NCBI GenBank assembly: GCA_937877685.1
Contig: CALFGU010000117.1
Span: forward strand, 18,404 to 82,403
Length of the DNA stretch: 64,000 nt
Reading direction: 5' to 3'
DNA from: an uncultured Prevotella sp.
GTDB lineage: Bacteria > Bacteroidota > Bacteroidia > Bacteroidales > Bacteroidaceae
This document shows, piece after piece, positions 10,115-22,539 of the stretch; position 1 is the first letter of the stretch, and every line of letters begins with the position of its first letter. Made by a program: the position numbers and the translations under genes. The notes under the pieces were generated by a model that was not told the origin of the DNA, did no database searches, and saw only the letters and a program-made list of their open reading frames with translations.

Positions 10115-11452
10115 TTAGATACCTGTGTAATTCCAGGGGGTAATCACGCGAAGTTCTGCCTTAATTTCTTCGCTCACATCAAGTCCTTCGATAAACGTGC
10201 GGATGCTTTCTTCTGTGATTGCTGCATTGGTGCGAGTTAATGCCTTGAGCGCTTCATAAGGGTTGGGATAAGCTTCACGACGAAGCACTGTCTGAATAGC
10301 TTCTGCACATACCGCCCAGCAGTTTTCAAGGTCGCGACGGAGGGCATCTTCATTAAGAAGCAACTTGCTGAAACCCTTGAGTGTAGAACTGAATGCGATA
10401 AGCGCGTGACCCATAGGCACACCGATATTGCGCAACACAGTTGAGTCTGTCAAGTCGCGTTGCAAGCGGCTGATTGGGAGTTTCACAGCCAAGTGATCGA
10501 GAATAGCATTCGCCACACCAAGGTTACCTTCTGAATTTTCAAAGTCGATGGGGTTCACCTTATGGGGCATTGCTGACGAACCTACTTCGCCCGCCTTAAT
10601 CTTCTGCTTGAAATACTCCATAGAGATGTATTGCCAGAAGTCGCGATTCAAGTCAATAAGGATCGTGTGTATGCGCTTCATGGCATCAAAAGAGGCAGCA
10701 AGATTATCATAATTTGAAATCTGAGTAGTGTATGCTTCGCGCTTGATGCCGAGCTTTTCAGAAAGGAACTTTTCAGCAAATGCCTTCCAATCGTATGCAG
10801 GATAAGCCACACGGTGAGCGTTCAAATTACCAGTAGCACCACCAAACTTACCGCTACAAGGCACTGCCTTCAACTGCTTCAACTGCTCTTCAAGACGATA
10901 AGCGAACACCTTTACTTCCTTACCCAAACGTGTGGGAGATGCGGGCTGACCGTGAGTTTTAGCAAGCATTGCAATGTCCTTCCATTCTTCAGCAAACGCA
11001 TTGAGTTGGTCAATCACCTGTTGCAACAAGGGAATGTAAACTTCCTCAGTAGCATCCTTAATCATCAAGGGGAAAGACGTGTTGTTAATGTCCTGAGAAG
11101 TCAGTCCGAAGTGCACAAATTCCTTATACTGCTCTAAACCACCGATGGCATCAAACTTTTCCTTAATGAAATATTCAATAGCCTTCACGTCATGGTTCGT
11201 TACGCTTTCAATATCCTTTACGCGCTGAGCATCTTCCAATGAGAAGTTTTGGTAGATTTCTCTAAACTTGGGGAAAAGTGCATGGTCTACACCCACCAAC
11301 TGAGGCAAAGGAAGTTCGCAAAGGGCAATGTAATACTCAATTTCAACACGCACACGATACTTCATCAGAGCATACTCTGAAAAGTAATTTTGTAACTCGC
11401 TTGTTTTAGAAGCATAACGTCCGTCGATAGGACTAACAGCAATCAAAGACAT
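10115..11452 (-). CDS. purB: Adenylosuccinate lyase
   Basis: GSSAMPHKVNPIDFENSEGN signature. Confidence 0.97.
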   Translation of the reverse strand: MSLIAVSPIDGRYASKTSELQNYFSEYALMKYRVRVEIEYYIALCELPLPQLVGVDHALFPKFREIYQNFSLEDAQRVKDIESVTNHDVKAIEYFIKEKFDAIGGLEQYKEFVHFGLTSQDINNTSFPLMIKDATEEVYIPLLQQVIDQLNAFAEEWKDIAMLAKTHGQPASPTRLGKEVKVFAYRLEEQLKQLKAVPCSGKFGGATGNLNAHRVAYPAYDWKAFAEKFLSEKLGIKREAYTTQISNYDNLAASFDAMKRIHTILIDLNRDFWQYISMEYFKQKIKAGEVGSSAMPHKVNPIDFENSEGNLGVANAILDHLAVKLPISRLQRDLTDSTVLRNIGVPMGHALIAFSSTLKGFSKLLLNEDALRRDLENCWAVCAEAIQTVLRREAYPNPYEALKALTRTNAAITEESIRTFIEGLDVSEEIKAELRVITPWNYTGI

Positions 11453-11505
11453 AACGTTTCTTGTTTTTTATTCGAGAGATAGATAATATTTCAATAATTA
11501 AAGTG

Positions 11506-11513
11506 CAAAGTTA
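11506..11513 (-). promoter_or_regulatory. Bacteroidetes -7 promoter element for purB
   Basis: TAACTTTG on the minus strand, matching TAnnTTTG. Confidence 0.6.
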
Positions 11514-11867
11514 AAGATTTTTCCATAAATGCTAAAGCGCCAAACGTTATAAATTCATAACTCATTCATTATTTGCAATGATTTAGAGATGATTTTTTCT
11601 CTCGAAGCGTCATTGGTAAATCTGTTAATGCGGAATTAACCAGTAATGTTCCTTGTAAAATCTGATTATTGTTGATGTATTAAAGTAACTAACGATATGT
11701 TAAAATAGAGTATTTTGCCTAAATAATATTACACTACGGAAATATTACTCACTTACGAAAAATTCTTTGAGACTTAGTGAAAACTATTAGAGTTATAATT
11801 TTTACTGAAACTCTTATAGTTTTTGTAAACAATATGGAACTTAATAATCTATAGGATATGATTAAAC

Positions 11868-11906
11868 ATAACTGGACGACACTCGAGAAGAATGCCGTCC
11901 AGTTTT
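11868..11906 (-). terminator. Stem-loop downstream of prfC
   Basis: Imperfect stem AACTGGACG...CGTCCAGTT. Confidence 0.5.
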
Positions 11907-11933
11907 TAAGGATTTGAAGTGTATGTAAATCGG

Positions 11934-13502
11934 TTAAAATTCGCTGGTGAAATGGAAGCGAATGTTTTTAAAGTCGTTTTGCGCCATTTGGAGGACGTAA
12001 CCTGAGTCAGCGAGGAAAACATCTCTGCCTTCACGGTCTTTTGCCATATATTGATATTTACGCTTCTTGAAGTTTTCCAATTCTGCAGGATCGTCGCTTT
12101 CTATCCAGCATGCCTTGTAGAGCGAAATAGGTTCCCAACGACACTTGGCGTTGTATTCATTTTCAAGTCGGTATTGGATGACTTCAAACTGAAGCTGACC
12201 GACGGTGCCAATGATTTTACGTCCATTGAATTGGTTGACGAATAATTGCGCTACGCCTTCGTCCATGAGTTGCTCAATGCCTTTTTGGAGTTGCTTGGTT
12301 TTCATGGGGTCGGCATTCTCAATGTATTTAAACATTTCGGGCGAGAATGATGGCAGGCCTTTGTAGTGGAGCGCTTCGCCCTCGGTGAGTGTGTCGCCGA
12401 TTTTGAAGGTGCCGTTGTCAGGAAGACCGATAATGTCGCCAGCCCAAGCTTCGTCAACGGTAGTTTTGCGTTGCGCCATGAATTGTGTGGGTGAGGAGAA
12501 GCGGAGAGTCTTGCCGTGGCGCACATGGAGGTAAGGAGCATTACGCACAAACTTACCTGAGCACACTTTACAGAAAGCAACGCACGAGCGATGGTTGGGA
12601 TCGATGTTAGCTGTGATTTTAAAGATAAAACCAGTGAACTTTTGCTCATCAGGTTGCACTTCGCGCTCTTCTGCTTTCACGGGGCGTGGGGAAGGTGCGA
12701 TTTCTACGAACGTGTTGAGCAATTCTTCTACACCGAAATTGTTGAGTGCTGAACCAAAAAAGACAGGGGCGAGATGACCCTCAAGATAATCAGCAACATT
12801 GAAATCGGGATAAACGCCGTCAATAAGTTCGAGTTCACCGCGTAGTTTATCGGCAAGTTCAGCGCCGATGTGTTCATCCAATTGTGGAGTGTTAATATCT
12901 ACTTCAACTTTTTCTGCCACCACCTGCTTAGATGCTTGGAAGAGGTTGAGATTTTGCTCGTAAATGTTATATACCCCCTTGAAGCGAATACCACTTTCGA
13001 TGGGCCATGTAAGGGGACGCACCTTGATTTGGAGTTCTTCTTCAAGTTCATCCATGAGATCGAAGGGGTCCTTAGCTTCGCGGTCCATTTTGTTAACGAA
13101 GATGATTACGGGCGTGTTACGCATGCGGCAGACTTCCATGAGTTTGCGTGTTTGCGTTTCAACACCTTTTGCACCATCTACCACGATGATAACGCTATCA
13201 ACCGCGGTGAGTGTGCGGTAAGTGTCTTCTGCAAAGTCTTGGTGACCAGGGGTGTCGAGAATGTTAATCTTATAGTCGCGATAGTCAAACTCCATCACAG
13301 AAGTTGTTACGGAGATACCGCGTTGCTTTTCGATTTCCATCCAGTCAGATGTAGCGGTCTTCTTAATTTTATTGCTTTTAACGGCTCCAGCCACTTGGAT
13401 TTGCCCCCCGAAAAGAAGGAGTTTTTCGGTGAGTGACGTTTTACCCGCGTCTGGGTGGGCGATGATGGCGAATGTTCGGCGACGACTTATTTCGGGATTC
13501 AT
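11934..13502 (-). CDS. prfC: Peptide chain release factor 3
   Basis: [16 protein letters not shown] and DTPGHQDF motifs. Confidence 0.97.
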   Translation of the reverse strand: MNPEISRRRTFAIIAHPDAGKTSLTEKLLLFGGQIQVAGAVKSNKIKKTATSDWMEIEKQRGISVTTSVMEFDYRDYKINILDTPGHQDFAEDTYRTLTAVDSVIIVVDGAKGVETQTRKLMEVCRMRNTPVIIFVNKMDREAKDPFDLMDELEEELQIKVRPLTWPIESGIRFKGVYNIYEQNLNLFQASKQVVAEKVEVDINTPQLDEHIGAELADKLRGELELIDGVYPDFNVADYLEGHLAPVFFGSALNNFGVEELLNTFVEIAPSPRPVKAEEREVQPDEQKFTGFIFKITANIDPNHRSCVAFCKVCSGKFVRNAPYLHVRHGKTLRFSSPTQFMAQRKTTVDEAWAGDIIGLPDNGTFKIGDTLTEGEALHYKGLPSFSPEMFKYIENADPMKTKQLQKGIEQLMDEGVAQLFVNQFNGRKIIGTVGQLQFEVIQYRLENEYNAKCRWEPISLYKACWIESDDPAELENFKKRKYQYMAKDREGRDVFLADSGYVLQMAQNDFKNIRFHFTSEF

Positions 13503-13648
13503 ATATGAGTTTATGAGGTTTTGGGGTTATGGGGATAGGTAGATGAAACGTATAGAACTAAATCTTATGGTCATAAAAAGGTGAGTAGATAAACATTTCA
13601 AGATTAACCTTTTATGTGTTTGATGCTGAATGCCAATTTATAGTTTAA

Positions 13649-14506
13649 TTAATTCAGTTCCTTAATGCATTCTTTCAAACTGTCTTCCCACCAAGGGATG
13701 GTAATGTTAAACGTATTCTTGATTTTTGATTTGTCAAGCACGGAGAAATGAGGGCGTTTTGCTGGAGTGGGGTAGTCCTCCGTGTGAATGGGCATTACAT
13801 TGCATGAGTTGATTCCAGCAATGCGATGGATAGATTTGGTGAAATCATACCATGAGGTTGCGCCTTCGTTTGAATAGTGATAAACACCAGGTACGATTCC
13901 TTGTTTTATGATTTCCAAAATGCTTACCGCAAGGTCGCGAGCATAAGTGGGAGTTCCAATTTGATCGGCAACAACTCCCAGGGTATCGCGCTCTTTGCCT
14001 AAGCGAATCATTGTTTTTACGAAATTACTGCCAAATGAGGAATAGAGCCAAGCAGTACGTATCACCATTGCTCCTACACACGAACGAATAACCGCTTCTT
14101 CACCCGCTAATTTTGTGCGTCCGTAAACGCCTTGAGGGTTTGTGAGGTCATCTTCCGTATAGGGGCGATAGTTCTTTCCGTCAAAAACATAGTCAGTTGA
14201 AATCTGAATCATACTACCCCCCATGTTATCGATGGCTTCTGCAAGGTAAGACGGTGCTATATGATTAAGCAATTCGCATAACTCAGCATCTTCTTCAGCT
14301 TTGTCTACCGCTGTATATGCCGCGCAATTAACAATGATGGAAATGTTATTGAGTTCTACAAATTCATAGACAGCATTACGGTTTGTGATGTCTAATTCCT
14401 CTTTATCAGTGAATATAAAATGGAAATCTTCTTTATTCAAACCTTCTGCCAAGCGTTGAATTTCACTTCCAAGTTGACCTTTAGATCCTGTAATGAGTAT
14501 GTTCAT
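13649..14506 (-). CDS. rfbD: dTDP-4-dehydrorhamnose reductase
   Basis: GSKGQLG, NCAAYTAVD, STDYVFDG and YGRTK motifs. Confidence 0.95.
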   Translation of the reverse strand: MNILITGSKGQLGSEIQRLAEGLNKEDFHFIFTDKEELDITNRNAVYEFVELNNISIIVNCAAYTAVDKAEEDAELCELLNHIAPSYLAEAIDNMGGSMIQISTDYVFDGKNYRPYTEDDLTNPQGVYGRTKLAGEEAVIRSCVGAMVIRTAWLYSSFGSNFVKTMIRLGKERDTLGVVADQIGTPTYARDLAVSILEIIKQGIVPGVYHYSNEGATSWYDFTKSIHRIAGINSCNVMPIHTEDYPTPAKRPHFSVLDKSKIKNTFNITIPWWEDSLKECIKELN

Positions 14507-14570
14507 TATAGATGTTGTTAGAAACGGGTATGTAATGTTGATTAAATTAGAGCGATTGGCGCATTAATTC

Positions 14571-15113
14571 TTAAAATTCAAGAGGCGCTTCTTTGTCTTT
14601 AAAGTAATAATCAGAAAGTTGCCCGAGCAAAGTGGAGATGTGTTTCATTGCAACTTGTGTCTCTTCAGAAATGGTTTGTCCTTTTAGTCGTAGCATCATG
14701 TAGCCATAGAGGGCATTGAAGCACACTTGTAATTCTGATTCTTGTAAAGAGGTGCCCTTTTTGCGCAGCTCCACGACAAAGGGCAATACACGATAGTACA
14801 TCTCCTTATAGAACGGGAATTTGGAGGAATTGAGCAACTGAAGGTGTAGATCTTCCAAATCAATAAGGATGTTTTTACAGATTTGTAAATGCCCTTTTTC
14901 CTTTACCCCTTCTTCAAGCATCATTGTGCAAAGGTCGGAATACCAGCGGATGAGTTCCGCTCTTTGCTCGTCGTTGACGTCAAAGCGAGTGAGATAACTA
15001 TTTTCTAACTTCGTTATGTCACATTGATAGGCACGCAGAATGTCTTCTATCTGCCACAGGTAGAGAAGGAGTTCTGCGCGATTGCTTGTTTTGAGTTGGT
15101 TGGCTATGAACAT
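14571..15113 (-). CDS. DUF4924-like conserved Bacteroidetes protein
   Basis: LLYLWQIEDILRA and EKGHLQI motifs, in the usual position upstream of rfbD-prfC. Confidence 0.75.
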   Translation of the reverse strand: MFIANQLKTSNRAELLLYLWQIEDILRAYQCDITKLENSYLTRFDVNDEQRAELIRWYSDLCTMMLEEGVKEKGHLQICKNILIDLEDLHLQLLNSSKFPFYKEMYYRVLPFVVELRKKGTSLQESELQVCFNALYGYMMLRLKGQTISEETQVAMKHISTLLGQLSDYYFKDKEAPLEF

Positions 15114-15125
15114 TGCTACGTATTC

Positions 15126-17597
15126 CTATTTATCAATGGCGTCCCACCATTCAGGTTCTTCTTTCAAGTATTTTGCAAACCAAGCGAAGATAGCATTCTG
15201 CCATTCAAGGCGCTTTTGCCAGTTGGTTATAACATGGTCTTCACCATTTACCTGAATATATTCAACTTCTTTACCTAAGATGCGAAGCGCCGTGTAAAGT
15301 TGCTGACTTTCAAATGGAGGAACGTTTGTATCCACCGTTCCGTGAATGAGGAGCAGCGGTGTCTGAATCTTGTCTGCGTTGAAAAGGGGAGAGTGCTTAG
15401 TGTAAAGGTCAGGATTATTCCAAGGGTAATTTAGGTATTGTGCTACTTCACCATAAGTGTATCCCCAATAACCACCGCCCCAATATGAGGTGATGTTTGA
15501 AATGCCAGCGTGAGAGATTGCTGCCGCAAAGAGGTCGGTTTTTGTTTGCAAATATTGCGTCATAAAACCGCCGTAAGAAGCACCGATACAACCGATTTTC
15601 TCTGTGTTGATAAAGTCATGCGCTTTACAGAAATTCTGAGTGCCCTCAATGATGTCATCGCTAGACATATCTCCCCAAGTGCTTGTGTGACGTGCGGCAA
15701 ATTCTTGACCAAATCCGAGAGCGCCACTAGGTTGCACAACATATACTACATATCCCAATGATGCAAACACTTGGTAGGGATAGTTGATTTCAAGTAATTT
15801 GTTAGAGGGAGTGCATCCACCATAATAATACACTATGAGTGGATATTTCTTGCTTGCGTCGAAGTTGGCAGGTAGGTAATAGAAACCATGAATGCTATCC
15901 CCGCGAGAACTTTTAAAATTCCAATCGTGGCAAGTGCCAATCGCAACGTCCTTATAGAGTTCGTCAAAGTTGATTTCGCCGATGCGTTGCGCATTAATCT
16001 TCTTTGCGTTAAGCGTCACTTTAAACATCTCTCTTGCACGTTCACCTCCATCTTGACCAAGCACCACCGCGGTGGGAGTCTTTTGAAGTGAGGCATAAGT
16101 AAATGACGAAACGTAAGAAAGGGGCATGTTAAACTTAACCACTTCTAAGGTTTTAGGATTTAATTGCCAAATGCTACGGTCACAACCTTCTGATGCAGTA
16201 ATGTAAATATAACCATTAGTGGGGTGCCACGAATAACTATCTACTGATGGGATAAAACCAGGAAGCAATGCTGTAGTAGTGTTAGTGGCTATATCGTGAA
16301 GATAAAGTCGATGGTCAAATGTGTTGGGATGTTGACCTTCTTTTACTTCAAGTCCTATGTTATTAAATGCTGTTGTAGAGGCATTTATCAAGAGTTGATT
16401 GGCGTCTGGTGAGAATTTTGCACTTGCAAGCCACGCGGTGTCTGCAATAACGGTGTCAACTTTTGCTGTCTGGGCATTCATGACATAAACAGAATAGCGA
16501 CGGAATGGCTTGCGAGAGGGATCCATTGTTGAAGTCATCAATAGCAATTTCTTTCCGTCGTTTGAAATGTCTGAAAGATTGACGCTTGTGTTTCCAAAAG
16601 TAAGACGTTGCATGCGACGTTCCTTGAAATCATAGCGCCAAAGCGAAGTGCGAGTGCGATATCCCGGCATACGGTCGTCAGGGTGTTGCAATTGTTTGAG
16701 CGAACCGCTGGGTTTCTTTCCTTCTTGCGATTTGGAAACAATCATGTAATCAAGCGTGGGCGAAAGTGTGAATCCGCCATCAGGCAATGCATCGGCAAGA
16801 ACAGTTTCTTGCATTGTTGCTGGATCGAGCAAAACGAGTTCTTTACCATTTTCGTTTGTGCGCGTAAAGTAAAGTGCATCCTTGGTTTTTACCCAATTAT
16901 AATCTACGTAAGAATCGTAAGAAGCAATCTTTTTTTGTGATTCAGTTTCACTAATAACAGTGCGGTAGAAACTCTTTCCGTCTTCCTTAGTGTACTGATA
17001 ATAAGTTACCAAGTACTTACCTGATGGCGAGATTTTTGCGTTATAAGTTCTTTTACCCTGCATCATTTCTGCCATTAAATATGGACGCTTTGATGCAGGA
17101 TTAACTTCAACGTCTTTAAGATTTTCCCCGATGACGCTGATATTTACACTATCTTTTGAATCTTTGTCGGAAAGGCATACAAGGCGCACATCGTAATGCC
17201 CTGGTGTCATTGTGAGGGAGGTAGAACCCGAATTTCCGTTTACAAATACCTTGTAGTTTTTTAGGTTCTTGATGTTAAGAGTTGCTTTTGAATATCGATC
17301 AGCACGCACACTGAATTGAAGCACACGCAATGTTTGGGCGCTATCAACACAAGTGATGGCGTCTCCATTATTTAGTGTTTCAACAATCGCCTGTTGAGAG
17401 AATGCACGTGTGGCATGGTCAGTTAAGACAGATGATGTGTACTTGTTGCCTTTGTTGTCAAGTTCGTCTGTTTGATATGGTTCGCTAACTGTAATAGTTG
17501 TGGGAAATGTTGTTCCAACACGCTCAACACGGATTGTGTCATTTGCTTGTGCGGATAAAGCAACGGAACAGAGTAGGGGAAGAAATAATAGTTTCAT
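15126..17597 (-). CDS. S9 family peptidase (prolyl oligopeptidase/acylaminoacyl peptidase-like), secreted
   Basis: Signal peptide, propeller region, catalytic triad motifs GASYGG, DTNV and EDH. Confidence 0.9.
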   Translation of the reverse strand: MKLLFLPLLCSVALSAQANDTIRVERVGTTFPTTITVSEPYQTDELDNKGNKYTSSVLTDHATRAFSQQAIVETLNNGDAITCVDSAQTLRVLQFSVRADRYSKATLNIKNLKNYKVFVNGNSGSTSLTMTPGHYDVRLVCLSDKDSKDSVNISVIGENLKDVEVNPASKRPYLMAEMMQGKRTYNAKISPSGKYLVTYYQYTKEDGKSFYRTVISETESQKKIASYDSYVDYNWVKTKDALYFTRTNENGKELVLLDPATMQETVLADALPDGGFTLSPTLDYMIVSKSQEGKKPSGSLKQLQHPDDRMPGYRTRTSLWRYDFKERRMQRLTFGNTSVNLSDISNDGKKLLLMTSTMDPSRKPFRRYSVYVMNAQTAKVDTVIADTAWLASAKFSPDANQLLINASTTAFNNIGLEVKEGQHPNTFDHRLYLHDIATNTTTALLPGFIPSVDSYSWHPTNGYIYITASEGCDRSIWQLNPKTLEVVKFNMPLSYVSSFTYASLQKTPTAVVLGQDGGERAREMFKVTLNAKKINAQRIGEINFDELYKDVAIGTCHDWNFKSSRGDSIHGFYYLPANFDASKKYPLIVYYYGGCTPSNKLLEINYPYQVFASLGYVVYVVQPSGALGFGQEFAARHTSTWGDMSSDDIIEGTQNFCKAHDFINTEKIGCIGASYGGFMTQYLQTKTDLFAAAISHAGISNITSYWGGGYWGYTYGEVAQYLNYPWNNPDLYTKHSPLFNADKIQTPLLLIHGTVDTNVPPFESQQLYTALRILGKEVEYIQVNGEDHVITNWQKRLEWQNAIFAWFAKYLKEEPEWWDAIDK

Positions 17598-17760
17598 ACG
17601 TGAATTGTGTCTATTTTTAAATATTCTGCAAAATTACATTAAAAAGGTGGAGTGAGCAACTCGTTTGATGATTTATAAGTTTATTAATTAAATGTATAAT
17701 TGAAAATATTATGGTGTCTTAAAGGTTGAAATTCCTAACGCTCATTTATGTTAGTATTTT

Positions 17761-17829
17761 AAGAAAAACTAAGTCTCTTTTAATTAAAATTAAGTCTCAC
17801 TTAGTTTTTCTTAAGTCTCACTTAATTTT
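17761..17829. repeat. REP-like AAGTCTC cluster
   Basis: Three TAAGTCTC units inside an AAGAAAAACTAAG...CTTAGTTTTTCTT inverted frame. Confidence 0.65.
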
Positions 17830-18013
17830 AGCGCCTTAAGATGTGATTTCTTCTAACTGATTTTTAGTGTGTTGTGATTTGGGTGAATTTGGTGCGTGAA
17901 GTGAATGGTGAACGGATATACGTATTCAAAGCTGGTCGCTTCTGCTTTTATAGGTCAGAATCTTGATTTTTATTAAATCCATATTTATCGGTGAAAAAAG
18001 CATGTCAAGAATG

Positions 18014-18042
18014 TTTGAATATAAGAAAAATTTGTAATTTTG
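18014..18042 (+). promoter_or_regulatory. Bacteroidetes promoter for the guaB operon
   Basis: TTTG (18014) and TAATTTTG (18035-18042). Confidence 0.55.
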
Positions 18043-18101
18043 CAGAAATATAAATCACCAATAGATGTGGTTTTTTGAATAACCACAGTTATTTTGCTTA
18101 A

Positions 18102-19598
<1,497 letters not shown>

Positions 19599-19725
19599 TA
19601 ATTAGTGATTTTTCTGAGCACAATGTGTAAGTGTGAAAATTCTAAGGTGTGGAAGAGAATTTCAAACTTTATAATTTTCATAGTTACACATTTGTTCTTA
19701 AATAAGAGCGTGTTTTAACATTTAT

Positions 19726-21150
19726 ATGAAAAAAATAACATTTTTATTAGGCTTCATAGCTTCCTCATTCTTGGCATCTGCACAGGTTTCAAGTCCTGTG
19801 CTCATGGAAGTGAATGGTAAAAAAATTACAAAGGCCGAATTTGAATATTCTTACAACAAGAATAATAGTGTTGACGGAGCGGTTGAACATAAGACAGTTG
19901 ATGAATATGTTCAGATGTATGTTGACTATAAGTTAAAGGTTGTTGAAGCAGAATCGTTGCGACTTGATACATTGAGTTCTTTCGTAAAAGAATTCCGACA
20001 ATATCGCGACATGCAACTTACGCCTTTGATGATTGATAATGAGTTTATTGATTCAATCGCGTATTTGCAATATTCCGATATTAAGAAAATGCTCAATGGA
20101 GCAGATCTTATTCGTCCAGCCCATATTCTTGTGTTGTTAAAACAAAACGCTACTGACGCAGAGCGTCGATTAGCGAAGCAGAAGGCAGATTCGATTTATA
20201 ATGTGATTCAGGGTGGTGCTGATTTTGCGGAAGTGGCACATAAGTATAGTGATGATAAGGGTACTGCGCGTAATGGTGGTTTATTACCTTGGATTGGTCC
20301 TGGTAATACGATAAAAGAATTTGAAGAAGCTGCTTATGCACTTCAGCAAGGTCAAATGTGTGCACCAGTTCTCTCGCCTGTTGGTTATCATATAATTGTC
20401 ATGAAAGAACGTAAGTCACTTGAAAATTACGAATCTATAAAGGACGTTATTATTGATGCTCTCAAGCAACAAGGTATAGAAGAAGCATCTGCTGAAGCAA
20501 AAATTAAGAAGATGATTGATGCTTCTAATGGTGCGCTCACTCGTGAAGATGTTATGCAACAAATATTGGCAAAAGGTGTTGTTGAGAACCCTGAATTGCA
20601 GTATTTGGTAAATGAATATTATGATGGTCTTCTTCTTTACGAAGTGTCTAAATCTCATGTGTGGGATAAAGCAGCAGAAGATGTTGTTGCTTTGAATGCT
20701 TTTTTCAAGGAAAATAAGAAGCAGTATGCGTGGGAAGAACCTCGTTTTGATGGATTTGTTATTCATGCAAATGACAAGAAGGTTCTTAAAAAAGCGAAGA
20801 AGATATTGAAGAAAAATGCTTCTGGGGATTGGAGAAAGGCAATTAAGGAAGAGTTGAACAAAGATAGTGTAGTGTGCTTAGTACAAGGTCCTTATTTGTG
20901 TAAGAAGGGTGAAAACAAGTTTATAGATGCTGTTAAGTTTAAGGGAGAAAAAGCAAAAACATTGCGTAAATATTCCATGTATGATGTATATGGAAAAGTG
21001 AAAAAGCAACCTACTACTTACCTTGATGTAAAATCTAATGTTGTAAATGATTATACACAAAAGGTGGAAGCATTATGGGTTGAAAATTTACGTAAGAAGT
21101 ATCAAGATCGTGTAATTATTTATAACGATGTTCTTGAAACTTTAAAATAA
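19726..21150 (+). CDS. Parvulin-type peptidyl-prolyl isomerase, secreted
   Basis: Signal peptide; HIL...FAEVAHKYSDD...GGLLPW...GYHII. Confidence 0.88.
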   Translation: MKKITFLLGFIASSFLASAQVSSPVLMEVNGKKITKAEFEYSYNKNNSVDGAVEHKTVDEYVQMYVDYKLKVVEAESLRLDTLSSFVKEFRQYRDMQLTPLMIDNEFIDSIAYLQYSDIKKMLNGADLIRPAHILVLLKQNATDAERRLAKQKADSIYNVIQGGADFAEVAHKYSDDKGTARNGGLLPWIGPGNTIKEFEEAAYALQQGQMCAPVLSPVGYHIIVMKERKSLENYESIKDVIIDALKQQGIEEASAEAKIKKMIDASNGALTREDVMQQILAKGVVENPELQYLVNEYYDGLLLYEVSKSHVWDKAAEDVVALNAFFKENKKQYAWEEPRFDGFVIHANDKKVLKKAKKILKKNASGDWRKAIKEELNKDSVVCLVQGPYLCKKGENKFIDAVKFKGEKAKTLRKYSMYDVYGKVKKQPTTYLDVKSNVVNDYTQKVEALWVENLRKKYQDRVIIYNDVLETLK

Positions 21151-21160
21151 ACTAACATCT

Positions 21161-22510
21161 ATGAAACGTATATTTTTAACCCTGTTTGCAAGTTTCTCGC
21201 TTTTGACTCAGGCACAGTTAAATGTGATAGATGAAGTCATTTGGATTGTTGGAGATGACCCTATACTTTTATCTGACGTTGAAGAAACACGTCTTCAGGC
21301 AGAGATGGAAGGGAAACCTTTTGAGAATCCTTATTGCACAATTCCTGAACAATTAGCCATTCAGAAGTTATTTCTTCATCAAGCAGCTTTAGACTCTATT
21401 GAAGTTAGTGAAGTGAACGTACTGAAAGAAGCAAACGAACGCATCGACTTTTTTGTTCAGAATCTCGGTTCAAGAGAAAACGTTGAAAAGCATTTCCATT
21501 TAACAATTCCTCAGTTAAGAGAAAAATTGAAGAAGACTTGCCGTCAAAGAGCGATGATTCAACAAATTGAGGGTAAATTATTTGGAAATATCAAAGTGAC
21601 ACCCGCTGAAGTTCGTGCACATTTTAGTAAACTCCCCGAGGATAGTTTGCCACTTATTCCTACTCAGGTAGAAGTGCAGATTATTACTACGCAACCTCGT
21701 GCCACTCGACAAGAAGTAGAACGTATTGAAGAGCAACTTCGTGAGTTTGCTCGTCGCGTGAATGAAGGAGAGACTGAATTCTCAACTTTGGCAAAAATTT
21801 ATTCACAAGATCCTGGTTCGGCGAGATTAGGTGGAGAGTTGGGATATAGTGGAAAGAATCAGTTTGTACCTGAATTCTCAAACGTAGCTTTTGCTCTTAA
21901 TGATCCGAAGAAAGTTTCAAAAATTGTACGTACTGAGTTTGGTTATCACATCATTCAGTTAATTGACAAGAAAGGGGATAAGGCAAATTTTCGCCACATA
22001 CTTCTAAAACCAGAGATTGCAGATAGTGTGTTTACTAAGGAACTTACGCGTTTGGATTCTATTGCTGCTGACATTAAGAGAGGTTCCTTTACTTTTGAAG
22101 AAGGTGCAATGCAACTTTCTGATGATAAAGATACGCGCAACAATCATGGTATTATGGTAAACACAGATATGATGACTCGCAAGGTTACTTCTCGATTTGC
22201 CATGAAAGATTTGCCTGCAGAAATTGCCCGTAAGGTTGAACTTATGAATGAAGGTGACATTTCTGAAGCATTCATTTATAAGAACAATCAAGGGCAAGAC
22301 ATTTGCGCAATTATTAAATTAAAATCGCGAATTCCGACTCATCGTGCCAACATGACAGAAGACTTCCAAATTTTGAAGGATGTTGTTGTGTCTAAAAGGG
22401 GAGAGGAAATGCGTAAAAAATGGATTGAAGAGAAGCAAAAGTCAACGTTTGTTCGTATCAATCCAGAGTGGAGAAATTGTACTTTTGAATATCCCAACTG
22501 GGGGATGTAA
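21161..22510 (+). CDS. surA: SurA-like peptidyl-prolyl isomerase
   Basis: SurA-like N-domain plus parvulin YSQDPGSARLGGELG...FGYHII. Confidence 0.8.
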   Translation: MKRIFLTLFASFSLLTQAQLNVIDEVIWIVGDDPILLSDVEETRLQAEMEGKPFENPYCTIPEQLAIQKLFLHQAALDSIEVSEVNVLKEANERIDFFVQNLGSRENVEKHFHLTIPQLREKLKKTCRQRAMIQQIEGKLFGNIKVTPAEVRAHFSKLPEDSLPLIPTQVEVQIITTQPRATRQEVERIEEQLREFARRVNEGETEFSTLAKIYSQDPGSARLGGELGYSGKNQFVPEFSNVAFALNDPKKVSKIVRTEFGYHIIQLIDKKGDKANFRHILLKPEIADSVFTKELTRLDSIAADIKRGSFTFEEGAMQLSDDKDTRNNHGIMVNTDMMTRKVTSRFAMKDLPAEIARKVELMNEGDISEAFIYKNNQGQDICAIIKLKSRIPTHRANMTEDFQILKDVVVSKRGEEMRKKWIEEKQKSTFVRINPEWRNCTFEYPNWGM

Positions 22511-22539
22511 ACTTACCTAACGATTAATACCACATAATT

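Noticed and set aside
19622..19692. Long imperfect hairpin between guaB and the PPIase gene as an ncRNA
   Set aside because: Compatible with an ordinary intra-operon stem-loop; no further support.
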